NCBI GenBank assembly: GCA_041686115.1
Contig: JAWLEM010000002.1
Span: forward strand, 1-46,074
Reading direction: 5' to 3'
Source of the DNA: Bacteroidales bacterium
GTDB taxonomy: Bacteria; Bacteroidota; Bacteroidia; Bacteroidales; UBA12077
DNA: 46,074 nucleotides
Below the pieces are notes generated by a model. It searched no databases and was not told where the DNA came from. It saw only the letters and a program-made list of their open reading frames with translations. Numbering within the stretch: the first letter of the stretch is position 1; each line of letters starts with the position of its first letter. Positions 8,542 to 17,732 of this stretch are shown piece by piece. Position numbers and translations under genes: made by a program.

Positions 8542-11500
8542 TTAATTTTTCGAAAAAGCCTTGTTAATTGCCGACAACAAATCTTCAATACTTATTGGTT
8601 TAGTAATATAGTTATCGCATCCGGCTTTTATGCATTTAAGTTTTTCATCATCGTGGGTAAATGCCGATTGTCCGATAATTTTCATGTCGTGCTTATGTTT
8701 CTTAATTTCTTTTGTTGCTTCGTATCCGTCCATATTGGGCATTTTAAGGTCCATAAGCACCAGGTCTATTTTATTTTTCAAACACATTTCAACGGCCTCT
8801 TTACCATCTTTGGCCCAAATAATTTTGGCATTTGTCGGACTAAGCACTTCTTCGAAGTAGGTGTAATTTACATCAATGTCTTCAACTATCAAGAAGACCT
8901 TGTCTTTCCAGTCGAAATTTTTTTCTTTACTGGGGAGTTTTTTGTTTTCTGTAATCGGTTTTTCTGATTCAATGGGTAGTGTAAAATATATATTTGTTCC
9001 CTGTTTTGGCGTAGACTGTGCCCAAATTTCCCCTCCCAAATGGTGTACAATTTTTTTGGCAATAGTTAATCCAAGCCCCGTTCCACCATACTCGCGTGTA
9101 AATGATTCGTCTATCTGCCGGAAAAGATCATAAATCATTTCAAATTTATTATTAGAAATTCCAATTCCGGTATCTATAACGTAAAACTGAATTTTATTTT
9201 CATTTTTTAAGATTGAGTAACCAAATTCAACAAATCCATTCTGAGTAAATTTCACTGCATTTTCGATCAGGTTAAATAGTACCTGCTTAATACGTATGGT
9301 ATCTGTAAAAATTGAAAAGTCGTTATTTTTTACTCCTTTATTTATCGATAATTGTATTTCCTTTTTAGGATCTTGTTCTATTTTAATACTAAAAGACACA
9401 TATAGGTCTAATAACAACTTATTTACATAGCAGTTGGTTTTATTAATTTCAAATTTTCCTGATTGAATTCGGGAGATATCGATCACATCATCTATAAGTT
9501 TTAGAAGGCTATGGCTGTTTTCGTTAATCAGGGTATTGAGTTTAATTTTTTCTTCATAAGGGAGTTCTTCGTCGAGCAGAAGGTTTGAAAAACCGATAAT
9601 AGCATTCATTGGGGTGCGTATTTCGTGAGAAAGGTTTGCCAAAAATGCTGTTTTTAATCGATTTGATTCTTCGGCCTGCTCTTTTGCCAGAATAAGCTCT
9701 TTTTCATTTTTTTTGCGATCTGAAATATCTTCTGCAATAATTACAAAATGAGTTATTTCATTCTTGTGATTCTTAACAGGTGATATGGATGCCAGTTCCC
9801 AGTATATTTCGCCGGTTTTTTTCCTGTTCTGAATTTCCCCCTGCCAGTCTTTTCCTTTTAAAACCGCATTCATAATATTTTTATAAATACTGGTTGGCGA
9901 AACAGAATCGTTTAATATTCCAACTTTTTTACCCAGGACTTCTTCGGGTGTATATCCGGTAAAGGCTGTAAAGCTTGGATTAACATATTCTATCTGCCCT
10001 TTTAGATTTGTAATAATAACACAAACGGGTGAGTGCTGAATAGCATTTGATAATTTTTTTAGCTCGTATTCGGTTTTTTTCTTTTGGGTAATATCCAGAG
10101 ATACCCCTCCGATTTTCCAAGTATTATCTATTCCTCTGAACCTGAACTTGTGTGTCTGATAAGTTCTTAATCTGCCCGAAATATCAGGTAGCTGGTCTTC
10201 AACAATCAAAACCTGTCCGTTTAGTACTTTTTGATCTTCACTAATAACCCTTTTGGCATATTCTTCCGGAAATATTTCCTGTGGTTTTTTTTGCTGACAA
10301 TTCTCGGCAGAAAAAACATGATTCATATATTTATTCAGATAAACCGATTTTAGGTTTTCATCTTTAATAAAAACACCCAGGGGCAGATTGTCCATGAATA
10401 TTGAGAATTGCTGTTCTGTTTTTTGTAATGCTTCCTCTATTTCAACCCGTTTGGTGATGTCTTTAAAATCTTCGATAATTCCTAAAATTTCACCGCTTTG
10501 TCCTTTAAAGGCAACCGATGTTAGAATACCAGGAATGATTTTTCCGGTTTTATTTCTTTTCTTAATATCCTGTTCAACGCGCTCTTCGCCGTTTTTTATA
10601 AGATTTAAAGGGCAATCTGCTGTATGGCAGTAAGGCCCGGGAAAAACATTGTAGCATTTTTTACCTTCGGCATCATCCTTGCTAATTCCAGACATCATTG
10701 TAAACGTTCTGTTAACACGCAGGATGTTAAAGTCTTTGTCAATTAATCGCATGCTGTTGCCGGTGGTGTTGAATATCTGGTTTAATTCTGCATTGGTTTC
10801 GATAATTTCTTTGGTTTTTTTGGCCAGTCGCTTGTCAATGCTGTCTTGCAAATTAAAAAACTTGTTTAAAAGCATGTTAAACGAAAAATGGAGAATTAAA
10901 TAGGTAATGGCCAGAATGCCAAAAATGATTAACAAAGACCGGTATATGGATGCAAGATAAGCATTTTGCAGCCTGGTAATATCTTTAAGATATAATATTC
11001 CGGTAAACCCTTCATAACGGAAACTGTTTTGTACATCAACAATATCGATATAATAATATTTATCGAGATATTCTATTCTATTTGCTTTAATGCTTTGATT
11101 ATTTTTTAAAACCGATGCAAAAAATTCTTTATTAAAAAGGGAGTGTATTATGATGTTTTCTTTCTTAGGGGACGAAGAAAAGGAATAGGCCAGATTTTCA
11201 GAAATTTTATTTGCATCGAATAAACTGGCTATTATTAAATCATGATTTTTGGATACATGCTCGATGATTTCATTTTCTCGAATACCAAATTCAATGCAAC
11301 CAATATATTCTCCGTTATATATTATGGGTTCAATAATTTTATAATACAATTGAGCATCGTCAAATTCAAAGGCTGTTTTTTTCTTTTGTTTCTGGTTTAC
11401 TTCTGAAACAAGTGTTTGTGGAGCAGCGGTACTTACATTTTCTGTTGGGCCCGATTCCATGTTTAATCCAAGTGTATTATCTTTATAATAAAAGTTTAGT

Positions 11501-11826
11501 ACAAAATGAAAAGGATCTTCGGTTTTTAATATGGAATAGAAAGGGAAAACTTTTTTGTATAAATCATCCGTTTTACGTAATTGGAAATCTTTTTTTATAG
11601 CCGGATTATTTACAAAATACTGAATTTTTTCGCGATAAATCCTGTTTGTAGTATAAAGCAGATTTTTAATTTCTATTCCGGCTATTTCACTGTCTTTTTG
11701 AATTTGCCAATCGAGGTATTGCTTATGGTTTTTTAGGCTGATATAAAAATAAAATGAGCATAAGATGAATAGCACAGAAATGACTGCTATTATAGTCCTG
11801 TTTTTTAACTTTTTTTCAAAATCCAT
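8542..11826 (-). CDS. Hybrid sensor histidine kinase/response regulator with extracytoplasmic sensor and multiple PAS domains
   Basis: Two TM helices bracket a ~270-aa sensor region, followed by three PAS-like modules. It has the H-box LSHEIRTPMN, the N/G boxes NAVKFT, DTGIGI and GTGLGL, and a C-terminal receiver (LVLMDLKMPNMDG ... TKP). Confidence 0.9.
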   Translation of the reverse strand: MDFEKKLKNRTIIAVISVLFILCSFYFYISLKNHKQYLDWQIQKDSEIAGIEIKNLLYTTNRIYREKIQYFVNNPAIKKDFQLRKTDDLYKKVFPFYSILKTEDPFHFVLNFYYKDNTLGLNMESGPTENVSTAAPQTLVSEVNQKQKKKTAFEFDDAQLYYKIIEPIIYNGEYIGCIEFGIRENEIIEHVSKNHDLIIASLFDANKISENLAYSFSSSPKKENIIIHSLFNKEFFASVLKNNQSIKANRIEYLDKYYYIDIVDVQNSFRYEGFTGILYLKDITRLQNAYLASIYRSLLIIFGILAITYLILHFSFNMLLNKFFNLQDSIDKRLAKKTKEIIETNAELNQIFNTTGNSMRLIDKDFNILRVNRTFTMMSGISKDDAEGKKCYNVFPGPYCHTADCPLNLIKNGEERVEQDIKKRNKTGKIIPGILTSVAFKGQSGEILGIIEDFKDITKRVEIEEALQKTEQQFSIFMDNLPLGVFIKDENLKSVYLNKYMNHVFSAENCQQKKPQEIFPEEYAKRVISEDQKVLNGQVLIVEDQLPDISGRLRTYQTHKFRFRGIDNTWKIGGVSLDITQKKKTEYELKKLSNAIQHSPVCVIITNLKGQIEYVNPSFTAFTGYTPEEVLGKKVGILNDSVSPTSIYKNIMNAVLKGKDWQGEIQNRKKTGEIYWELASISPVKNHKNEITHFVIIAEDISDRKKNEKELILAKEQAEESNRLKTAFLANLSHEIRTPMNAIIGFSNLLLDEELPYEEKIKLNTLINENSHSLLKLIDDVIDISRIQSGKFEINKTNCYVNKLLLDLYVSFSIKIEQDPKKEIQLSINKGVKNNDFSIFTDTIRIKQVLFNLIENAVKFTQNGFVEFGYSILKNENKIQFYVIDTGIGISNNKFEMIYDLFRQIDESFTREYGGTGLGLTIAKKIVHHLGGEIWAQSTPKQGTNIYFTLPIESEKPITENKKLPSKEKNFDWKDKVFLIVEDIDVNYTYFEEVLSPTNAKIIWAKDGKEAVEMCLKNKIDLVLMDLKMPNMDGYEATKEIKKHKHDMKIIGQSAFTHDDEKLKCIKAGCDNYITKPISIEDLLSAINKAFSKN

Positions 11827-11998
11827 TAAATGAGTATAGCTCCTTTATTAAAACACAAGCAACAAATAAAACAAAAATAATCAGAATTAAAAAATTACGG
11901 TTGTCAGGTTTGTAAACTTTTTATTAAAAACACGGACTCTAATTATTTATGGCATTGTTAATAACTATAGGGATTTACTTTGTACCGTATACAAATTT

Positions 11999-12006
11999 TA
12001 TATTTG
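11999..12006 (+). promoter_or_regulatory. Bacteroidota-type -7 promoter motif (TATATTTG)
   Basis: Matches TAnnTTTG about 70-85 nt upstream of the PagL-like gene start. Confidence 0.35.
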
Positions 12007-12073
12007 CAATGATGAATAAACCTGTTGGAAAACATTGTGTTAAAGCAATTGAATTTGTATTTTTAATTTTATT

Positions 12074-13171
12074 ATGCATTGGGAAAAAATGGTGAAATTT
12101 AAATTGTTTGTAGTTGTTTTTTGTTTGTTTAACCTGGCACTTTATGGACAGGATACAGCAAAAAACCCGTTATCACTATCACTAAAGCCTCAATATGGGT
12201 TTATTCTTCCACATTCAAGCAAGGTTGAGCATCTTACGCATACTAATCCGTATGGTGTTGAGCTGGAGTATGCCTGGTTTATGCTTAAAGATAAAAACTG
12301 GCAGCAATGCAACTGCTATTCAAAAATGGGATTTTCATTTTTGTATATGAATTATGCAAACCCGAAGGTTGTTGGCAGCTCGTATAACGTTATAGGTTTT
12401 GCCGAACCATTTCTATTTCGAAGCGAAAAATTGATTTTTTCGACCAGAATGGGCGTTGGAGTGAGTTTTTTGGATAAGATTTATGATGAACAGGAGAATC
12501 CAGACAATCAGTTTTTTTCTACTCATATTAGCTTTATAACCCACATCGATTTAAATCTATATTTTAAACTAACTGATCAATTAAATTTTTTGGTTTTTGC
12601 TAAGTATTCCCATATTTCTAACGGAGGAGTAAAAGACCCAAACTATGGAATGAATTTCCCGACTTTCGGTTTGGGATTGGATTATTACCCCGGGGGTGAA
12701 ATTCAATTTGATGAAAAAGAAAAAGATGTATTTCATCCTGAATATTTTTATGGCATTTATCCTTTTGGAACCATCGAGTCAGTTTCTGCTGATACTGAAA
12801 ACCCTGAAAAATCAGCCATTGTAACCGGGTTGTATGCCATTGCAGGGCGCACAGTGAGTAAATTAAACGGTTTTAGTATAGGTATGGATTATGTTTACGA
12901 TGGAGCAAAAAAAGAAAAACTTTCGAGGGCAGGGGTTACAAAAGATCATCAGCAAATATCTTTTTTATTGGGGCACCATTTGCAATTTGGGAAATTTGAC
13001 TTTTCGCAACACTGGGGTACTTATGTTTATGCACCCGATAAACCAAGGAATTTTTTTCAACGATATAGCCTTTCATACCGTTTCACAAAACATTTATCAG
13101 GAGGAGTTACATTAAAAGCCCATGGAGATGCCGCCGATAATTTTAATGTGTTATTTGGTGTGGTTTTTTAA
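12074..13171 (+). CDS. Acyloxyacyl hydrolase / lipid A deacylase (PagL-like) outer-membrane protein
   Basis: It has a signal peptide, beta-barrel-like alternating sequence and the catalytic-type motif HISNGG. The C-terminus ends in an aromatic residue (F). Confidence 0.65.
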   Translation: MHWEKMVKFKLFVVVFCLFNLALYGQDTAKNPLSLSLKPQYGFILPHSSKVEHLTHTNPYGVELEYAWFMLKDKNWQQCNCYSKMGFSFLYMNYANPKVVGSSYNVIGFAEPFLFRSEKLIFSTRMGVGVSFLDKIYDEQENPDNQFFSTHISFITHIDLNLYFKLTDQLNFLVFAKYSHISNGGVKDPNYGMNFPTFGLGLDYYPGGEIQFDEKEKDVFHPEYFYGIYPFGTIESVSADTENPEKSAIVTGLYAIAGRTVSKLNGFSIGMDYVYDGAKKEKLSRAGVTKDHQQISFLLGHHLQFGKFDFSQHWGTYVYAPDKPRNFFQRYSLSYRFTKHLSGGVTLKAHGDAADNFNVLFGVVF

Positions 13172-13223
13172 ATAATGGCTCTTTTGCTAAATTTGTATAT
13201 TGTTAATTCATAAAACAGGAATC

Positions 13224-14105
13224 ATGACAATGAATACCCTTACAAAAGAACAGATTAAAAAGGTAAAACAGTTTCAGCGAAACGAAATTACCGAGTACCA
13301 TATCTATTCAAAATTATCGCGAAAAATAAAAAATGAAAAAAATGCTAAAACTCTCCAGCGAATTGGCGATGATGAAATGCAGCACTATCATTTCTGGAAA
13401 AAATATAGTGGACAAGATGTAAAGCCCAACCGTTGGAAAATTTTTAAATTTTACTGGATTTCTCGAATATTGGGAATAACCTTTGGCATTAAATTAATGG
13501 AAAATGGAGAAGAAGGGGCACAGGAAGAATACCTTAAAGCATGCGAATATATTCCGGAAGCCAAACATATTGTTGACGATGAAGATAACCATGAAAAAGA
13601 ATTAATTGACTTGCTGGAAGAGAAGAAACTAGACTATGTGGGCTCTATTGTTTTGGGTTTAAACGATGCGTTGGTTGAACTTACCGGAACACTGGCAGGG
13701 TTAACTTTTGCATTGCAAAACACCAGGTTAATTGCTATTGCGGGTTTAATTACAGGAATTGCTGCATCATTTTCTATGGCTGCTTCGGAATATTTATCTA
13801 CAAAATCGGAAGGGAATGGAGCCAAAGCGCTGGCATCATCTATTTATACCGGACTGGCATATATTGGTACTGTTGTTGTTTTAATTCTGCCCTACTTGTT
13901 ATTTACCAACTATTTTGTTTGTTTGGCAATGACCCTGGCTTTTGCTATTCTGATCATTTTGTTTTTTAATTATTATATCGCTATTGCTAAAGACCTGAAT
14001 TTTAGAAAACGATTCTGGGAAATGTTTACCATTAGCATGGGTGTTGCAGCCTTAACTTTTGGGATAGGCTATTTAATCAGAATATTTTTAGGTGTGGATA
14101 TTTAA
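13224..14105 (+). CDS. VIT1/CCC1-family iron/manganese transporter with N-terminal ferritin-like domain
   Basis: It has GLNDALVELTGTLAG and C-terminal TM helices typical of VIT1/CCC1. The N-terminal EYHIY...DEMQHYHFW is a ferritin/rubrerythrin-like four-helix pattern. ATG at 13224 chosen over the TTG at 13200. Confidence 0.8.
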   Translation: MTMNTLTKEQIKKVKQFQRNEITEYHIYSKLSRKIKNEKNAKTLQRIGDDEMQHYHFWKKYSGQDVKPNRWKIFKFYWISRILGITFGIKLMENGEEGAQEEYLKACEYIPEAKHIVDDEDNHEKELIDLLEEKKLDYVGSIVLGLNDALVELTGTLAGLTFALQNTRLIAIAGLITGIAASFSMAASEYLSTKSEGNGAKALASSIYTGLAYIGTVVVLILPYLLFTNYFVCLAMTLAFAILIILFFNYYIAIAKDLNFRKRFWEMFTISMGVAALTFGIGYLIRIFLGVDI

Positions 14106-14139
14106 AGATTAGTCTGGAACAATATGTTAAAACATAAAA

Positions 14140-14679
14140 ATGATAAAAATACAGGTAAACATAAACATTGAATTAAAGCAAATTGAACTTTCTGACTCGG
14201 AAGATATTTTTAACACGATTAATACGCAGCGTGAATATCTGGGGAGATGGTTGCCTTTTGTGGATTCTACACAAAAGATTGAAGACACCCAAAATTTTAT
14301 TCAAATGATTGAGGATTCACCGCCCGAAAACCGGGAGCTGGTTTTTGTCATTCGTTATGATGGAGTATTTGCCGGTCTGATTGGTTTTAAAAGTACCGAT
14401 AAGCAAAATAAAAAGACCGAGATTGGATACTGGCTTTCAGAACCGTTTCAAAAAAAAGGAATCATTATAGCATCTGTAAAAGCATTGGTTAAATTTGCTT
14501 TTGACGAGATGGATATAAACAGAGTACAGATCAAATGTGCCACAGAAAATATTCAAAGTAAAAAAATACCAAAAAAGTTAAATTTTGCTTTTGAGGGAAT
14601 TGAACGGGATGGTGAGCTGCTGGCAGGTGGTAAATATACCAATATAGAAGTTTATAGTTTGTTGAAAAATGAGTTTTGA
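14140..14679 (+). CDS. GNAT family N-acetyltransferase (RimJ/RimL-like)
   Basis: 179 aa with a GNAT acetyl-CoA motif region (QKKGIIIASVKALVKFAF) and overall RimJ/L-like layout. Confidence 0.8.
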   Translation: MIKIQVNINIELKQIELSDSEDIFNTINTQREYLGRWLPFVDSTQKIEDTQNFIQMIEDSPPENRELVFVIRYDGVFAGLIGFKSTDKQNKKTEIGYWLSEPFQKKGIIIASVKALVKFAFDEMDINRVQIKCATENIQSKKIPKKLNFAFEGIERDGELLAGGKYTNIEVYSLLKNEF

Positions 14680-14851
14680 TATCATTAAACGCCTAAATTA
14701 TTAAATTTATGCTAATTTTAAACGAGCAATTGCAGTGTGGAATAAAATACATTCCGGAATGTGTTTGAGAAGACAGAAAATATGCTTGGATAAATAATAG
14801 CTCAAAACTACCAAGAACATTGATTATTATTAACGCTATTATAATTTTTAA

Positions 14852-16342
14852 ATGAAAGTAAAGATAATTTTGATAATTTTCTTGACCTTATTGGTTAATA
14901 AGTTAGCAGTTTCACAATCAAATGATTGTTTGAAAGATTTTGATTACCTGGTAAAAAAAATCCAATCAGATTATCCCGGCTATAATGATAAAGTAACAGA
15001 GGCGAATCGTTTACAACTCCTGCTTTTAGAAAAAGATGTTAGACAGAAAATAACTAGATATCCCGATAGTTGTGGGTATTATTTAAATGAATACACAGAT
15101 TTTTTCAGAGACCATCATCTTCGTATTAACCGTATTTGGAAAGAAAAAAATCAACAATCTGAATTTATGAATATTTCAACATACGGTAAAAACCTGTATG
15201 TCAATGTTGATAGTTTGCAACAAAAAACAAAAAATTCAACTGGGATAGAAGGTGTTTGGGAAGGATTTAGGGAAAAGTTCGTTGTTACAAGAGACAGAGA
15301 AACATATGTTGGTGTTATTGTAAATAGTCATGGATGGAAAGGTGGACAGATAAAATATACATTCGAGCCAGTCAACGACAGTGTTTTTGATGTAATAAAT
15401 TATTCTTTAATTAAAGATGGGAGGACGTTTGAAACTAAAACATCATTGCATTTAAATGGGAAAGTTCTTGAATTCCACGGTGATACAAGGTTTGTTCGAA
15501 AATCCAACTCTGATATTTTAGATAAATCAATCTTATATTCTTATGTGCCAGTATTTCCCAATGGAATAAATACTTACCCAGTTTCAATATGTTTGGGCGA
15601 TAGCACATACTATTTAAGAATACCAAGTTTTTATGATAACACAGGTAATGAATTTGTAACGCAACATTGGAATGAAATAATGACTCGTCCGAACTTGATA
15701 ATAGACATTAGAAATAACGGAGGTGGTCAGGATAATTATTATCAAGAGCTTAAAAGAATAATTTATACAAACCCATACGAATCAAAAGGAGTAGAATGGT
15801 ATGCTTCAAAAGGAAACATTAAATATTTTGAAGATGCTATGAAGAAAGGAGAAATTCGCGATGGAGAAGAAGGAATGAAATGGACCCAAGCTTTAGTTGA
15901 AGCTATGAAAAAAAATGTTGGAGGCTTTGTTACTCATCCCTATAGTGCAGATGATGATACAATAGTTGAAATGGATACGGTTTATTCTATGCCAAGAAAC
16001 ATTGGAATTATAATTAATGAGGTAAACGCTTCGGCTGCAGAACAGTTCCTGTTGGCTGCCCAACAAAGTGAAAAGGTTATTTTATTTGGTAACTGCAGCA
16101 CTGCAGGAGTATTGGATTATTCAAATATTACACCCAACCCGCTTCCATCAAATAATTATCAATTGTGGTGTCCCATGACACGCTCAAAACGTTTACCTGA
16201 TAACCCCATTGACAACATTGGTATCGCACCTGATGTATTCATACCATTTCATGCAACAGAACAATTGTATGATAAATTGGACAATTGGGTTTATTTCGTC
16301 AAAAATTATTTAGAACTTTTAAATGAAGTAGAAAAACAGTAA
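14852..16342 (+). CDS. S41 family peptidase (secreted)
   Basis: It has a signal peptide and the motif IIDIRNNGGGQ, with a downstream S-A-AE region typical of tail-specific protease-like S41 enzymes. Confidence 0.75.
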   Translation: MKVKIILIIFLTLLVNKLAVSQSNDCLKDFDYLVKKIQSDYPGYNDKVTEANRLQLLLLEKDVRQKITRYPDSCGYYLNEYTDFFRDHHLRINRIWKEKNQQSEFMNISTYGKNLYVNVDSLQQKTKNSTGIEGVWEGFREKFVVTRDRETYVGVIVNSHGWKGGQIKYTFEPVNDSVFDVINYSLIKDGRTFETKTSLHLNGKVLEFHGDTRFVRKSNSDILDKSILYSYVPVFPNGINTYPVSICLGDSTYYLRIPSFYDNTGNEFVTQHWNEIMTRPNLIIDIRNNGGGQDNYYQELKRIIYTNPYESKGVEWYASKGNIKYFEDAMKKGEIRDGEEGMKWTQALVEAMKKNVGGFVTHPYSADDDTIVEMDTVYSMPRNIGIIINEVNASAAEQFLLAAQQSEKVILFGNCSTAGVLDYSNITPNPLPSNNYQLWCPMTRSKRLPDNPIDNIGIAPDVFIPFHATEQLYDKLDNWVYFVKNYLELLNEVEKQ

Positions 16343-16435
16343 AAATTAGTGGCGAACGCTGAATAAATGGTATATTGTATGATGATTTCAGTGGATTTTC
16401 TAAGGTCCGTGCCTTTAATTAAATAACTTCAACAA

Positions 16436-16508
16436 CCCTACAACTTGTTGGCGCGAGTGGAAAAGTCATTTTAATTAACAGATGTCTACTGAAACATTTT
16501 TTTGTCTG
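16436..16508 (+). repeat. Dispersed ~75-nt intergenic element, copy A (core ACAACTTGTTGGCGCGAGTGG ... CTGAAACATTTTTTTGT)
   Basis: Colinear similarity by eye to 22552-22633. Both copies lie just 3' of plus-strand genes and end in a T7 run. Confidence 0.55.
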
Positions 16509-16569
16509 AGAAATATGAGTATATTAATGGTTTGATTTAAAAGAATTTCAAGCTCATAAGAAGACTAAA

Positions 16570-17184
16570 ATGAAGAAGTTAGATCAAAGAAAATATAATA
16601 GATCAGATTGTTGTTGCTTTGGTTCTGGAATAAAGGATTTTAGTGGGTTGTCTAATATGAGTACTGACTTTGAACTTGAAGTAAATGGTTTAAGAATAAT
16701 GACTTCAGAAGCATTATATCAATCCATGCGATTTACAAGTTTTCCTGATATTCAAGAAGAAATTCTTAACGAGAAAAGCCCAATGTCAGCAAAAATGGTT
16801 GGGAGAAAATATCTTCAAAAGACAAGGCCGGATTGGGAAGACGTAAAAACAGATGTAATGGGGTGGTGTATCAGAGTAAAACTGGCTCAGCATTTTATAA
16901 GATTCGGGGCATTATTAGCAATTACTTATCCTAAGGATATCGTTGAATTATCTGCAAAAGATGGATTCTGGGGAGCAAAACCAATTGAAAAGTCAGATGT
17001 ATTAATTGGGATCAATGCATTGGGAAGAATACTTATGGAATTACGACAGGAATATTTTTCAGAAAACAAATATAAATTATTAAAGGTAATGCCTTTGGAA
17101 ATAGATCATTTCAAACTATTAAATGAGCCTGTCAGAATCATTGATGCGAGAGATCGATTTATTGAATTAGTCAGGAGTTATTAG
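16570..17184 (+). CDS. NADAR (YbiA/DUF1768) family protein
   Basis: LSNMS...NGLRIMTSEALYQSMRF...SPMSAKMVGRK...RPDWEDVKTDVMGWCIRVKL...FWGA...GINALGRILMELR matches the NADAR pattern (SNF..F..sEh.YQa.Kf ... dW...k..vM ... WG ... G.N.LG..LM.vR). Confidence 0.8.
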   Translation: MKKLDQRKYNRSDCCCFGSGIKDFSGLSNMSTDFELEVNGLRIMTSEALYQSMRFTSFPDIQEEILNEKSPMSAKMVGRKYLQKTRPDWEDVKTDVMGWCIRVKLAQHFIRFGALLAITYPKDIVELSAKDGFWGAKPIEKSDVLIGINALGRILMELRQEYFSENKYKLLKVMPLEIDHFKLLNEPVRIIDARDRFIELVRSY

Positions 17185-17329
17185 TATTAAACGGTACTAA
17201 AAAATGACTTTTACTGCTTCCTTAGATGGCTATTCTATTGAGGTTGTCCAAAAAGTTTTTGGTTGTCCATATTTTGCTTAGCAAGAGAAGAGTTCGACGG
17301 GCTCAATATGATAACCAGTTAATCAATAT

Positions 17330-17600
17330 GTCACACTGAGTAACGTCATTCTGTCCCGGTAACTCCTAAAACCCGCATGTCTTTTATGAGTTTCACAACG
17401 TTTCACGAATCTGCTTGACGGCAGTCAGGGTTAAAACACAAAACTGCACCAAGTTAGGTGAGGTTTTCCTTTGTGGAACATCGTGTAATCCTTTGAGGAA
17501 CCCAGCCTTCCCGGCTGGCAGGTTTGTGTTGCAAAAAGCATAACCTAACTTACGGATTTTATGAACTATCGGGATTGTCGAAGAATGTCGAAGTGTAGAC
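17330..17600. repeat. GC-rich structured non-coding element (REP/MITE-like composite)
   Basis: A long-range 13-bp stem (17435-17447 AACACAAAACTGC pairing with 17518-17530 GCAGGTTTGTGTT, 1 mismatch) encloses the hairpin CCAGCC-TTCCC-GGCTGG. It has a TATCGGGAT...TCGAAG tail motif shared with 23732 and 39987. No credible ORF. Confidence 0.5.
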
Positions 17601-17607
17601 ATGAAAA

Positions 17608-17641
17608 AGAGGCTTTTTGTAAGCCTCTCATTTAATTTTTT
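17608..17641 (+). terminator. Intrinsic terminator-like hairpin (AGAGGCTT-TTTGT-AAGCCTCT + T-rich tail)
   Basis: Perfect 8-bp stem followed by CATTTAATTTTTT on the plus strand. The reverse strand also has a TTTTTC tail, so it could act in both directions. Confidence 0.65.
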
Positions 17642-17732
17642 ATATAAAAAATAGTTGCAATATTATTTAAATATACTTATTGTTGAATTATATTATTAAT
17701 TTCACTTTATCGAAATGTCACTCTATTAACTT

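Noticed and set aside
17288-17312. tmRNA-like word GAGTTCGACGGGCTC
   Set aside because: There is no tRNA-like 3' end (…GGTTCGAnTCC…CCA), no tag reading frame and no pseudoknot-rich body.
17393-17602. 69-aa minus-strand ORF in the NADAR-FISUMP intergenic region
   Set aside because: It lies wholly within GC-rich hairpin and repeat sequence. I see no RBS or promoter logic and its composition is unlike neighbouring genes.
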